NCBI GenBank assembly: GCA_951406725.2
Contig: OX597815.1
Coordinates: forward strand, 87,978,001 to 88,042,000
Length of the DNA stretch: 64,000 nucleotides
Source of the DNA: Octopus vulgaris
Taxonomy: Eukaryota
Direction: 5' to 3'
This document shows, piece after piece, positions 1 to 11,809 of the stretch; positions within the stretch are counted from its first letter, which is position 1, and each line of letters starts with the position of its first letter. Under the pieces are notes generated by a model. The model searched no databases. It was not told where the DNA came from and saw only the letters and a list, made by a program, of their open reading frames with translations. The position numbers and the translations under genes were made by a program.

Positions 1-1139
1 TACCATCTTTAAGAGGTGCTATGGGTTGAGGAGGTACATAAATCCCTTAAGTGAAGGACCATATGAAAATATGTAGTTTAATGATTCTTTAGTACAGTAC
101 CAGGGACCACAAGTACTTAAAAGTGACCCTGATTCTAGTCAAATGAAATATATCAAATAATGAAACCTTCTTAGGATCTCAACATAATGCCTATAGCAAG
201 GTGTTCCCTCATATCTTTATAGCCAAAATTCCAGTATTTTAACATTAATATTACACTACTTTGGGAAGACAGTGACCTGACAGGATCATGACCATGCTGG
301 ACAAAATGCTTAGTGGCATTTCGTCCGTCTTTATATTCTGAGTTCAGATGCTGTTGGGGTGGGGAGAGGTCGACTTCACCTTTCATCCTTTTGGAGTCAA
401 TAAGATAAGTACAAGTTGAGCACTGGGGTCAATTTATTTGATTTACTCTCTCTCCTGAAATTGTTGGCCGTGTGCCAAATTTGAAAAACAGTGAGTGATG
501 AATGAATGACATGAAAGTGACAGGGCCAAGTATACACAATATTGTGTAAGTAAATCATAGGTTGTGAATTCAAATCTACTCCAAGCATTTTGTTGTGTTT
601 CTTGGCTGAACACAGCTGTTAATCAGAAGGCGTAGAGGTCCATATGTGACGTTGGAGTATAGCATTTTGAAACCAAACACAGGAGACTGCATAAAGAAGA
701 GGAGATGTCACCATCAATCCCCTACAGCTCTTGTTTGTGGTCACTTTCAGTGCCCTCATTGCCACAGGATCTGTCATCACCTTTGATGGGTTGTCATTAG
801 CAAGTAATCAAGTGGCTGAACACCTTGTGCTACATTTGCTCTGATCATCTAGTGGCCAGAAATAGGTAACAGATTATCTAAGAATGTTACATATGATAGA
901 CTGGAGTTTTGTACAGTGAAAGATTCATCTGTCATTTTCAAGCAACAAAACCAGACATAAGCACTAGCTCTGAAAATTCTTTACTGTTTAGGAAGAAATT
1001 AGTTTGAAAAATGTAAAGTTTTATTATTATCATTATTGTTCATGGTGTGTAAGAATGTTCAACATTCAGAATAAATGTCCTTGATACTGGGTCACAACCA
1101 GTTTCCCTAGATATTGAGGACCTTTCATAAAATCTTTGC

Positions 1140-1830
1140 TCTTCTCAACAGAGCGGATTTCTATATTAGTGCAACCCTTGTAGTTTTACCAATCTCAATA
1201 AAAGAGCTGTTAAGTCTGCTGGTACCTATAACAACTGGCATTCCTTTTGTAGAGACCCCTCCACAGTAGTATTTCCCAAACCAAATCCTAGTATTTTCTT
1301 ATTTTCTCTTGTTCATTGACTACTACATTTATATACACAAATATTGTTACATCTATGACAATGCACTTTTTTTCCCCTTCTCAAGAACAATAATATCTCG
1401 TCCCCTGGCATGAATTTTGCAATCAGTTTGTACATTAAAATCTCATAAAACTTTATACTACTCGTTCTCTATTACACCTACTGGTTAATGTTTGTACGTT
1501 TGTACCATTTTCTTCCCACTTTAAATCTTCTTTGCAGTAATATGTCCCAGAGTAGTGCCTTGGCCACACAGTCATGTCAGCATCTATATTCCTTCAGTAC
1601 CAAAGGACTACAGGAACTTATGTACATAATGGATTCCTCTTTCTTATTACATACTCTGCACTTTGCAGTTTCTTTCCTTTCTCCTCTGGCAGCTGAAATC
1701 AGTCTTTTTGGGTTGCTTCTCACATACTCTTGTATATCTCATTTTGCTGCTCTACACAGTCTTCTCTTGATATCAGACTTTTTCCCTCTTCCTTCTGTGC
1801 TAGGTATAATCTATCAACATTGACTCTGGT
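1140..1830 (-). mobile_element. Degenerate restriction-like-endonuclease non-LTR retroelement fragment
   Basis: Fragmentary resemblance to the C-terminal CCHC/RHD/RRPD region of R2/R4-type elements; many stops. Confidence 0.45.
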
Positions 1831-1971
1831 ATGTAGTGACATGTAGCAACCTTTTACCTTTCATCCTGTTGTGGGGGTCAATAAATTAAGTACCAGTGAA
1901 ACACTGTGGTTTATGTACTCGACTAGTCCCCTCCCCCAAAACTTCAGGCCTTGTGCCTTGAGTAGAAAGGA

Positions 1972-2064
1972 TTATTATTATTATTATTATTATTATTTTA
2001 TTATTATTATTTTTTTATTATTATTAGTATTATTATTATTATTTTATTATTATTATTATTATTA

Positions 2065-2104
<40 letters not shown>

Positions 2105-2293
2105 AATATTATTATTATTATTATTATTATTAACATTATTATTTCTATTTTCTCAGAGCTCTTGATTTTACTTGTCCCAGTTAATTTGGTTGTTAATGCT
2201 CCCAGTGCCCCTACAACTACTGGGAAGACAGTTACTTTCTTCTTTATTGTTGTTGTTGCTGTAATTATTTTCATCATAATCATCATCATCATC

Positions 2294-2327
<34 letters not shown>

Positions 2328-2332
2328 CTATC
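1972..2332. repeat. (ATT)n/(ATC)n microsatellite region (one of many; others at 6530-6750, 10760-11005, 16310-16390, 27120-27215, 33650-33740)
   Basis: Directly visible simple repeats; source of the poly-I/Y/M pseudo-ORFs in the track. Confidence 0.95.
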
Positions 2333-2376
2333 ATGCATTGATGGAAAGTTTTAACAGAAACAAGTAATATACTGAC

Positions 2377-2467
2377 CTCGAGTGGTGTAATTCATATCAA
2401 AGTAAACCTGCATTTTTATAGTGTCCAATGATGGAGATTTTGGATTCAAGAGGTTTATAACACACAG
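2377..2467 (-). CDS. CFAP206: CFAP206 third coding exon (91 nt); gene continues left of the window
   Basis: Acceptor aatttttag| and donor GAG|GTCAGT. Translates LCVINLLNPKSPSLDTIKMQVYFDMNYTTR, versus recalled vertebrate LCMTRLLDTKNPSLDTIKMQVYFDMNYTNR. Ends in phase 1. Confidence 0.95.
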
Positions 2468-2799
2468 CTAAAAATTAATGAAATAAACAAATAAAAAGTT
2501 ATTTCCATTTGATATTTCAAAAGATCTTTCAATTTTACTACAGCATTTATGAGAATCTACAATGAATGGAGAATAACAATCTTGAATCTGGTTCACTGGC
2601 TGTGCAAAATTAATTTATAAGAAATAAAGAGTAGAAATGAAGTGAGAAATAAAGGCCATCAGGAATCAGTGGAATTGGTAAGGTGTGTGAAAGGATGCTG
2701 GTAATACTTGTTTAAACGTGTTATGTGATTGGAGGAAGCACACTGTATGAAGTGCGTTACCAGACTTCATACAGTATGCATACTTCATACTCTTAACAA

Positions 2800-3945
2800 T
2801 TAATAATAATAATAATAAACATTGTGTACAGTGCTCAGGTGCACTACAACTCATCGAAAGTGTATATATAATCAGGTGTAGTTTCGACGGATTTCGGAAA
2901 GCATGAGGGCCTTAAAGGATGCAGTGTCATGGCAGTCAACAACTGACCCAGGCAGTTTATTCCATGCTTCAGCAACTCTGAGTGTGAAGAAATGTTTCCG
3001 AAAGTCATGGGAGCTGTGTTGTTTTCTGACTTTGTGGGCATGTCCACGTGTGTTAGACACATGGAGATCAAAAAGGTGTTCAGTGTTGTTATTGGTGAGG
3101 TGGTTGACAACTTTGTGGGTGTTTACCAAGTCCGTCGCCAGACGCCGGAGCTTCAGTGAATCCATGCCCAGGGAAACAAGGCGCTCAGAATATGGTAGGT
3201 GTCTGATGGAGGGTATGCGTTTGGTTGCACGTCTCTGAACAGATTCCAGGAGGTCAATGTTCTGAGCAAGATAGGGGTTCCAAACTGATGATGCGAATTC
3301 CAAGTGTGGTCGTACCATAGCTGTATACAGTTTTAAATAGAGCGGCTAACAAAAGTTTTGCTGAGTGATGCCAAGACACCCTCGGCCTTCTTGACAATTT
3401 TAGAGATATGCTTTGTCCAACGCAAATCACTGCTGACAGTGATGCCTAGGTCACGCTCGCAAGAGGATTTCTTGATATCAGTGTTGTGGAGGGAGTATGT
3501 GGACGCAGGGTTTTTTCTCCCAAAATGCATGGTGGTACACTTGTCCACAGCCAGTTTCAGTTGCCAGTCTGTGATCCATTGCTGCATTGTGTCCAGGTCT
3601 GATTGCAGGAAAGAGCTGTAGACAACAGGATCTGTCCTCTTGATTTCAAGGTACAGCTTGATGTCGTCTGCATATTTTAATACTGTGGCATTCTTTAAAT
3701 TTGCATCTATGTCATTAATGTATGCCACAAACAAGAGGGGACCAAGGACAGATCCCTGTGGTACACCTGATGACATCTCATATGGTGTAGAATGCTGTCC
3801 TAGAACTGTGACTACCTCCTTTCGGTTGAGAATGAAGGACTTCAACCAGTTAAAAAGGTCATCCCTCACACCCATTGCAGAGAGTTTCACCATAAGCCTT
3901 TTGTGTGGCACAGAGTTGAAAGCCTTAGCAAAGTCAAGGTAGAGT
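2800..3945 (-). mobile_element. 5'-truncated CR1-like LINE (RT domain and C-terminus, one frameshift, (ATT)n tail)
   Basis: ORFs 3333-3986 (YLDFAKAF, GVPQGSVLGPLLF, YADD) and 2872-3318 (VRPHLEFASSVWNP, TRGH, WNKLP). Confidence 0.9.
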
Positions 3946-3980
3946 ACAAGAGTACAAGATAAGTATGTGCCATAAGTATG

Positions 3981-5023
3981 TAGCACGCTGGGTGAAATGC
4001 TTAGCAGTATTTCATCTGTCTTTACGTTCTGAGTTCAAATTCCGTTGAGGTCAACTTTGCCTTTCATCCTTTCGGGGTCAATAAATTAAATACCAGTTGC
4101 ATACTGGGGTCGATCTAATCGACTGGTCCCCTCTCCCAAAAGTTTGTGCCTTGTGCCTAGAGTAGAAAAGAATACATAAAAATGCCATGGCATACAAAGT
4201 TACAGCAAGCATCTAAAATGTCAACAGATGAACCCCTTCCGTCATGAATGACCATGGGATTGCACCTAGGAAGTTACACTCCAAGGCACAAGTCTGAGCA
4301 AGGTTGTCTATGGAATACCAGCAATCACCCATGCATACCAGTCTCCCCTCTCCATGCCACCAATGTTATCCAAGGGAAAGGCAAAGGCTGATACAGCTTG
4401 GCACAAGTGACGTCGCAACTCATTTCTACAGCTGAGTGAACTAGAGCAACGTGAAATGGTGTCTTGCTCAAGAATACAACACTCAGCCCGGTCTGGGAAT
4501 TGAACTCACTACATCATGATTGTGAGCCCGATGCTCTAACCACTGAGCCATGCCATAGAAAAAGATAGAATAGATGACATCATATCTGAAGATATTGGAC
4601 CTCACAACCATGATGACATAAGACTGAGACAAATAGAGAGATGTAATATATATTCAACCCACGAAAAGAGGAAAATTGTAGTTTATAAAGTGGAGAGGAG
4701 GAGGACAAAACTATATACAGCTAAACTGAAGACAATATCATAATAAATAAGGCAGCAAGCTGGTAGAAATGTTAGCACGCTGGGTGAAATGCTTAGCAGT
4801 ATTTCAACTGTCTTTACGTTCTGAGTTCAAATTCCGCTGAGGTCAACTTTGCCTTTCATCCTTTCGGGGTCAATAAATTAAGTACCAGTTGCATACTGGG
4901 GTCGATCTAATCGACTGGTCCTCTCTCCCAAAAGTTTATGCCTTGTGCCTAGAGTAGAAAAGAATATATAAAAATGCCATGGCATACAAAGTTACAGCAA
5001 GCATCTAAAATGTCAATAGATGA
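3981..5023 (+). repeat. Direct duplication of about 250 bp (3981-4231 and 4773-5023): Meta-domain-like SINE plus unique flank
   Basis: Both copies share the SINE body (gagttcaaattcc...gcctttcatcctttcggggtc) and the downstream non-SINE sequence aaaaatgccatgggcatacaaagttacagcaagcatctaaaatgtcaa. Confidence 0.85.
4232..4552 (-). mobile_element. tRNA-derived SINE (family also at about 5254-5475 +, 19605-19935 -, 43053-43389 -)
   Basis: Head tggctcagtggttagagcatcgggctcacaatc...gagttcaattccc (A/B boxes) and a shared 3' end ...atggtcattcatgac.gaagggg. Confidence 0.8.
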
Positions 5024-5878
5024 CAGAAGATGGCTGAAATTACTAAGTAAGTTTTGAAAGATTTGAGGAATGAAAATTTATTTGATATCTCCTATGATAA
5101 TATTGTACAAAATATGTATTACCACAGATGTGAAATACCTAAACAAAATTGAATTTGTAATTCCCTGCCTTATTTGTATATGGTATTGTTCTGTCCATAA
5201 TGTTACATGTTATAGAGACACTTTCAATTCTGCTATCTTCCAAATACAATGACATAAAGTTACAACTCCCTTTGTCCCTCAAGGCACATAGCTCAGTGGT
5301 TAGAGCACCAGGCTCACAATAACGAGGTAGTGAGTTCAATTCCCATACCAGACTGTATGGTCTGATAGGCATGGGCGATTGCTGGTCTTCCATAAACAAC
5401 CTTGTTCAGACTTGTGCATCAGAGGGCAATTTTCTAGATGCAATCCCATGGTCATCAATGACCGAAGGGACTCTTCTCTATCCTTCAATTTAAACAAGTG
5501 TATACGTTAGTTGCATTCAATGTAGAGGTGTTCATACGGAATGCCAAATAATTCCTCTTGATAGATACAGAACGTATATTGTGATGGAAGGAGAAGGCAC
5601 CTGGAAAAATGTGCGAATTGGGGAAGATACGTTTCTTTTGACAGCATATGACCATTATAGACACCAGTATTTTGAGGTCAAAGACAATAAATTCTAGCAA
5701 CCAATACCAGGTGAGCTACAAGATACATTCAAGTCTGGGGGCATTGCTTCTAAAGGGGATCAACAAAGGGAACACCTTGTCAGAAATCACTTTTGTTAAG
5801 GGGCGATGTGCCAGTGACATTGAAATTAATTTTTTGACAGTTCAACTTCCAGCATTTAAAATTTGTTTGTTGGTCATC

Positions 5879-5913
<35 letters not shown>

Positions 5914-5939
5914 TATAGGTACATAAATATATATTGGTT

Positions 5940-6360
5940 CAGGTATGGCTGTGTGGTAAGAAGTTTGCTTCCCAGCCACATGGTTCCAGGTTCAGTCCCA
6001 CTCCACTGCATGGGCAAGTATCTTCTACTATAGCCTCGGACCAATCAAAACCTTGTGAGTGGAGTTTGGTATATAGAAACTGAAAGAAACCCATTGATTG
6101 TGTGTGTGTGCGCGCGTGCATGTGTGTGCTTGTGTGTGTGTGTCTTTGGGTCTGAAATGTCCCCCGCCACCACTTGACAATCAATGACAGCGTGTTTAGA
6201 TCCTTATAACTTAGCAGTTCAGCTAAAAGAGACCAATAGAATAAGTACCAGTCTTAACAAATGATAAGTACTGGGGTCAATTCATTCAATTAAAAATTCT
6301 TCAAGGCAGTGCCCCAGCATGGCCACAGTCTAATGACTGAAACAAGTAAAAGATAAAAGA
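5940..6360 (+). mobile_element. CORE-like tRNA SINE (family also at about 20745-21010, 40172-40335, 45355-45730, 52960-53320, 56797-57217)
   Basis: ggctgtgtggtaagaagtttgcttccc...ggttcagtccc head, tgggcaagt core, internal (GT)n and (AAGAT)-like tail, recurring many times in the window. Confidence 0.8.
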
Positions 6361-6556
6361 TGTCTTCTGCTATAGCCTCGGGCCGACCAAGGCCTTGTGA
6401 GTAGATTTGGTAGACGGAAACTGAAAGAAGCCTGTCGTATATATGTATATATATATATGTATGTGTGTGTGTATGTTTGTGTGTCTGTGTTTGTCTCTCT
6501 AGCATTGCTTAACAACCGATGCTGGTGTGTTTATATATATATATAGATAGATAGAT

Positions 6557-6594
<38 letters not shown>

Positions 6595-6609
6595 TTATAT
6601 ATATATATA

Positions 6610-6666
<57 letters not shown>

Positions 6667-6692
6667 GCACACACACATATATATACACACAT

Positions 6693-6729
<37 letters not shown>

Positions 6730-6884
6730 CACACACGCGCATATATATAAATGGATATAGATATGTTTATTGTCTATATACACATGTAAATAAACACTGA
6801 GAGAAGAATGAGAAAGAGAGAACAAGAGAAGGAGACTTATAACAACTTTAAATCAATCAGGCTGTTAGATGCTAAAAAAGAAAG

Positions 6885-7987
6885 TGTTGTGGAGGACACC
6901 TCGAGTGAGAGAAATAGGCTGTGCCACCACAAATAAATAGAGGACAAACATGAGTGGAGTCAGACAGGGAGCTACACCATTCAGGCCAGTCACGCAGACA
7001 ACAAAGTACATCATTATAATGCAGGACATAACAGTGTCAAGCAAGACACAACAGTGGCAACAAGAATTCAAACACACGCAAGACATAACTGTGTTGAAGA
7101 AGGATTTTGAACACACACAAGATATAATAGGAGTGATGAAAGTTTTGCAAGACACAACACTGGTGATGAGGATTCTAATATCATGCACTCCACAACACAG
7201 AAAAAAATAATAATATAAGCCCATTTGCAGGATCTCAGTCAGGTAGCTCATGGGTTAGTAACACTACCAGTAAGAATGTAGAGCTGATACTACCTGGGGC
7301 ATTCTGGAGAAAAAAAAAATTCTGTGTGTGGAAGGAAAACAGTGAAAAAATAATAAAATCTGTTGAAGGATCTTAGTCAGGTTGCTATGTGTTTGTAGCA
7401 CTACCAGTAAGAATGTCGAGCCAGTACTACCTGGGGGCATTCTGGAGGGAAACGAAATAATAATTCTGTGTGTGGAAGAAAAAAAATATAATATAAGTCT
7501 GTGCAAAGGATTTTAGTCAGGTCGCTATGTGTTTGTAGCACTATCGGTAAGAATGTAGAGCCGGTACTATCTGGGGTATTCTGGAGAAGTATATATTTTG
7601 TAATACATAGTTGAGAAAAAAATTCTGTGTGTGGAAGAAAAAGATGGAATATGCAAAAAATATATATATAATAATGCTGTGTGAAGAAATAGTATATACT
7701 CGAAAGAAAAAGATTCTATTGGAAAAAGATTTTGTTGTAATAATTCTGTGCGTGGAAGAAAAAGAAATGGAAAACTAAAAAAAAAAAAAAAAACTATAAT
7801 AATGCTGTGTGAAGAAATAAAAAGGGGAGGTGTTGTAGAGGACACCCTGAGTGAAAGAAGTGGGCTGTTCCACCACAAATAAATACTGGACAGACACGAG
7901 TGGAGTCAGATGGTGAGGTACACTGTTCAGGCCAATCATGTATGTCCTTATAATGCAGGACATAGCAGTGTCAAGCAAGGCACAACA
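6885..7987 (+). mobile_element. Non-autonomous LTR element (TRIM-like) with internal tandem units
   Basis: Direct repeats TGTTG...CAACA at 6885-7053 and 7831-7987. 5-bp TSD GAAAG on both sides. PBS-like TGGC/TGGTGATGAGG after the 5' LTR; polypurine tract AAAAGGGGAGG before the 3' LTR. No coding capacity. Confidence 0.85.
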
Positions 7988-8246
7988 GAAAGAGAGAGAA
8001 AAACAATAACATAGAGATATACATGGATAAATACATATACACATTAAGGATAAAGCTGCTTCCTGGGTCATATACACTCCTAAGGCCAGTTTCCCAGTTT
8101 CTGTGACATAGAAATCTGCCACCCACCAGATGGGATGGTGGTCTACTGAGTGGATTGAGGAAACATGAAGCGAAGTGTTTTGCTCAAGTACACAATGCCC
8201 TGCCTGGTCTAGGAAGTGAAACCACAATATATATACATACATATAC

Positions 8247-8277
<31 letters not shown>

Positions 8278-8471
8278 ACTACAAAATTAGAGAATGGAGA
8301 AACATACTTAAATCAGTAAAACATCAACTATCCGATGATACTCAATCCATACTTTAATACACCATTACATATGAGTAAAGGCAATATATAAAATGAAATG
8401 AGATATACAGTAATAGTAAAAAGATAAAGAGATATAAGTAAAAAATTTCAAATATAATATACAAATAAATC

Positions 8472-8587
8472 AAAACTGACAGCTGTTTCGGCAGTGAGGA
8501 CAGTCATACCTCATTTAACCTATAAGCCATAAAGGCAGGTATAAATGAGGCATTAACAAGGATGCCCCACGGCCTCTTCAGAGAATT
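8472..8587 (-). ncRNA. Mirror copy of the hammerhead motif in the left palindrome arm (sense to CFAP206 pre-mRNA)
   Basis: Plus-strand gacagctgtttcggc...ggcctcttcag is the reverse complement of the 10278-10381 core. Confidence 0.75.
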
Positions 8588-8920
8588 AAATTAAATTTGT
8601 TATAATAGTGAAAAATATTATATAATCATATACATATAAATATAAAAATATAAAAATGTAAAATATAAAAACTTATACATCATAATGCTACACTTATATA
8701 ATATAATACACATTTGTACAAAAAGGAAGGTAAACAGAACAAAATAAAACAAAATATATAACAGTGTATATATTAATATTAATAAGTACCGATATTATAC
8801 ATATTTGGCTAATAGTTTTTTTTATAAAAAAAGGCTAACACATATGGAGATGAAAAATAATAATTAAATCCGTGGTACAGTTCATAAAATTCTAAAGCTA
8901 TAAAAGTTAATAAAAATTAC

Positions 8921-8991
<71 letters not shown>

Positions 8992-9888
8992 TAATAAAAA
9001 TAGATACAGTTAAGTTAGCACCAAGTCCATCCTTTCAAGATCGAAATAACTATGAGTTAAGAAATGCTGACCACTAGGTAAAGAAAATTTAGATTAATTC
9101 GATTGGCTATTGGTTTGAAATTTAAATCACAAAAGAAAATTATACGGTTGGTTAGTCAGGGAACGCCAATATTCACACACGCATCTACAGATCAATCGCA
9201 CATACACACATAGTTATATGTATATACATACACTTATACACATACATAATCACAAGCAACAACTAGCACTTAGATAAACAAAAAGGGAAGCAACTATGCT
9301 AACATTTAGTCCTTCAAAATTATAACTGAGCCTCAATAACAAAAAAGAACCATCCATGCATTCTATAAAATATTTAATTTAGATATAAATATATTTTTAA
9401 ATATCAGTATGTTACTAATTCAGATAATTATTTCATGGGTAACTTAAAATTTATAACACCGGTTTGTTGCAGAGTAAACATACGGTATATTTATATCTAA
9501 ATTAAATATTTTATAGAATGCATGGATGGTTCTTTTTTTGTTATTGAGGCTCAGTTATAATTTTGAAGGACTAAATGTTAGCATAGTTGCTTCCCTTTTT
9601 GTTTATCTAAGTGCTAGTTGTTGCTTGTGATTATGTATGTGTATAAGTGTATGTATATACATATAACTATGTGTGTATGTGCGATTGATCTGTAGATGCG
9701 TGTGTGAATATTGGCGTTCCCTGACTAACCAACCGTATAATTTTCTTTTGTGATTTAAATTTCAAACCAATAGCCAATCGAATTAATCTAAATTTTCTTT
9801 ACCTAGTGGTCAGCATTTCTTAACTCATAGTTATTTCGATCTTGAAAGGATGGACTTGGTGCTAACTTAACTGTATCTATTTTTATTA

Positions 9889-9937
<49 letters not shown>

Positions 9938-10271
9938 AGTAATTTTTATTAACTTTTATAGCTTTAGAATTTTATGAACTGTACCACGGATTTAATTATT
10001 ATTTTTCATCTCCATATGTGTTAGCCTTTTTTTATAAAAAAAACTATTAGCCAAATATGTATAATATCGGTACTTATTAATATTAATATATACACTGTTA
10101 TATATTTTGTTTTATTTTGTTCTGTTTACCTTCCTTTTTGTACAAATGTGTATTATATTATATAAGTGTAGCATTATGATGTATAAGTTTTTATATTTTA
10201 CATTTTTATATTTTTATATTTATATGTATATGATTATATAATATTTTTCACTATTATAACAAATTTAATTT

Positions 10272-10387
10272 AATTCTCTGAAGAGGCCGTGGGGCATCCT
10301 TGTTAATGCCTCATTTATACCTGCCTTTATGGCTTATAGGTTAAATGAGGTATGACTGTCCTCACTGCCGAAACAGCTGTCAGTTTT
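10272..10387 (+). ncRNA. Type I hammerhead ribozyme motif with long branched stem II and palindromic minimal stem III
   Basis: CTGAAGA at 10278-10284; stem II GGCcGTGGGG...CCTCACtGCC enclosing a CCTCATTTA/TAAATGAGG hairpin; GAAA at 10370-10373; CAGCTG palindrome; GTC cleavage triplet at 10379-10381; short CT/AG stem I. Confidence 0.75.
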
Positions 10388-10755
10388 GATTTATTTGTAT
10401 ATTATATTTGAAATTTTTTACTTATATCTCTTTATCTTTTTACTATTACTGTATATCTCATTTCATTTTATATATTGCCTTTACTCATATGTAATGGTGT
10501 ATTAAAGTATGGATTGAGTATCATCGGATGGTTGATGTTTTACTGATTTAAGTATGTTTCTCCATTCTCTAATTTTGTAGTATTAATTTACGGTAATATT
10601 ATTACCTTTACCCATTTAATACAATAGATGAACTGATTGCTTGACAATTTTTAACATCTATGTATTAATTTTGTTGGGTACCTATCTAGCAGTATATTGG
10701 ATATATATTATCCCATGGTGGGTTGAATTTTCAACCCCTATCTCATTTTATAACC

Positions 10756-10808
<53 letters not shown>

Positions 10809-10843
10809 GTACATATGTATATACATACATATGTATATATATG

Positions 10844-10877
<34 letters not shown>

Positions 10878-10914
10878 TATACATACAAACATACATACAT
10901 ACACACATACATAC

Positions 10915-10961
<47 letters not shown>

Positions 10962-11637
10962 CATACAAACATACATACACACATACATATATATATATAT
11001 ATACATGTATAAATACACAACATATATCACAAAAATAGCAAATATACGCATACATAGTTAAACACAAACATATCTATATACCACAATTAAACTGAAATGG
11101 GTAGAAAACTGCAACACTTACTAAAACATTAGGAAATAAAACATGTGACCAATAACCATAAGAAGACCACTGCAGAGGACATAGCACGGAACGAGGATCA
11201 AACAGAGCAGGGGTACTGAAGGTGATACAAGAGTTAGAAAACCCTGCACAAAAAGGTGGTGGATCACAGTATACACCAGTTGAAACAAAGCCAACATTGT
11301 AACAGAGCTAAATAAATTATTTTTGTTCAAAAAAAAATCTATCTCCAACTAATTTTCTCACATGACTTGCACTAAAAGGAAGTTGGTAGATAAATAAAGA
11401 AGGCAGAAAGAAAGGAAAAAGTAAAGCAAAAACAGTGGGTTGAAACAAAAGAGAGAGAGAGAGAGAGAGACAACAACAAATGAACAAACAATAGTCCTTT
11501 CTTTTTTTTTTTTTTTTTTTTCGGAGATGGAATAAATTTTAAAATTTACTAAAGTGGGCAACTCCTTTCCTCTATCTCCATTCTGAAGTACTTGCTTGAA
11601 TGTGTATATCTGTTTCTGTATGTGGATGTGGATGTAA

Positions 11638-11674
<37 letters not shown>

Positions 11675-11748
11675 TGCATTTGCATTAGTGTAGTATCTTT
11701 AATTTAAAAAATTTACTATTTTATGTTTGTCTCTTAAAATTAAAAATA

Positions 11749-11771
11749 ATTACTGATCTCTCTCTCCTTCA

Positions 11772-11809
<38 letters not shown>

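Larger units (their letters stand above)
8278..10581. repeat. Large near-perfect inverted repeat (arms 8278-9393 and 9486-10581, 92-bp spacer), probably inverted pseudo-LTRs of a Penelope-like element
   Basis: The arms are reverse complements, differing mainly in (TAA)n length and rare substitutions. Embedded in (TA)n tracts. Each arm carries a hammerhead motif. Unique sequence continues to about 10760 before the (TA)n tract. Confidence 0.9.

Noticed and set aside
1871-2341. Long hydrophobic or low-complexity ORFs (also 6531-6825, 10641-11067, 15547-15887, 20121-20534, 43812-44152)
   Set aside because: Translations of microsatellites with no coding signal.
7229-7590. Twister- or HDV-like ribozyme in the LTR-element internal repeats (TAACACTACC...TGGAGGG)
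   Set aside because: The loop lacks the pseudoknot-forming residues of twister and the helix order does not fit HDV; kept only as an unexplained structured repeat.
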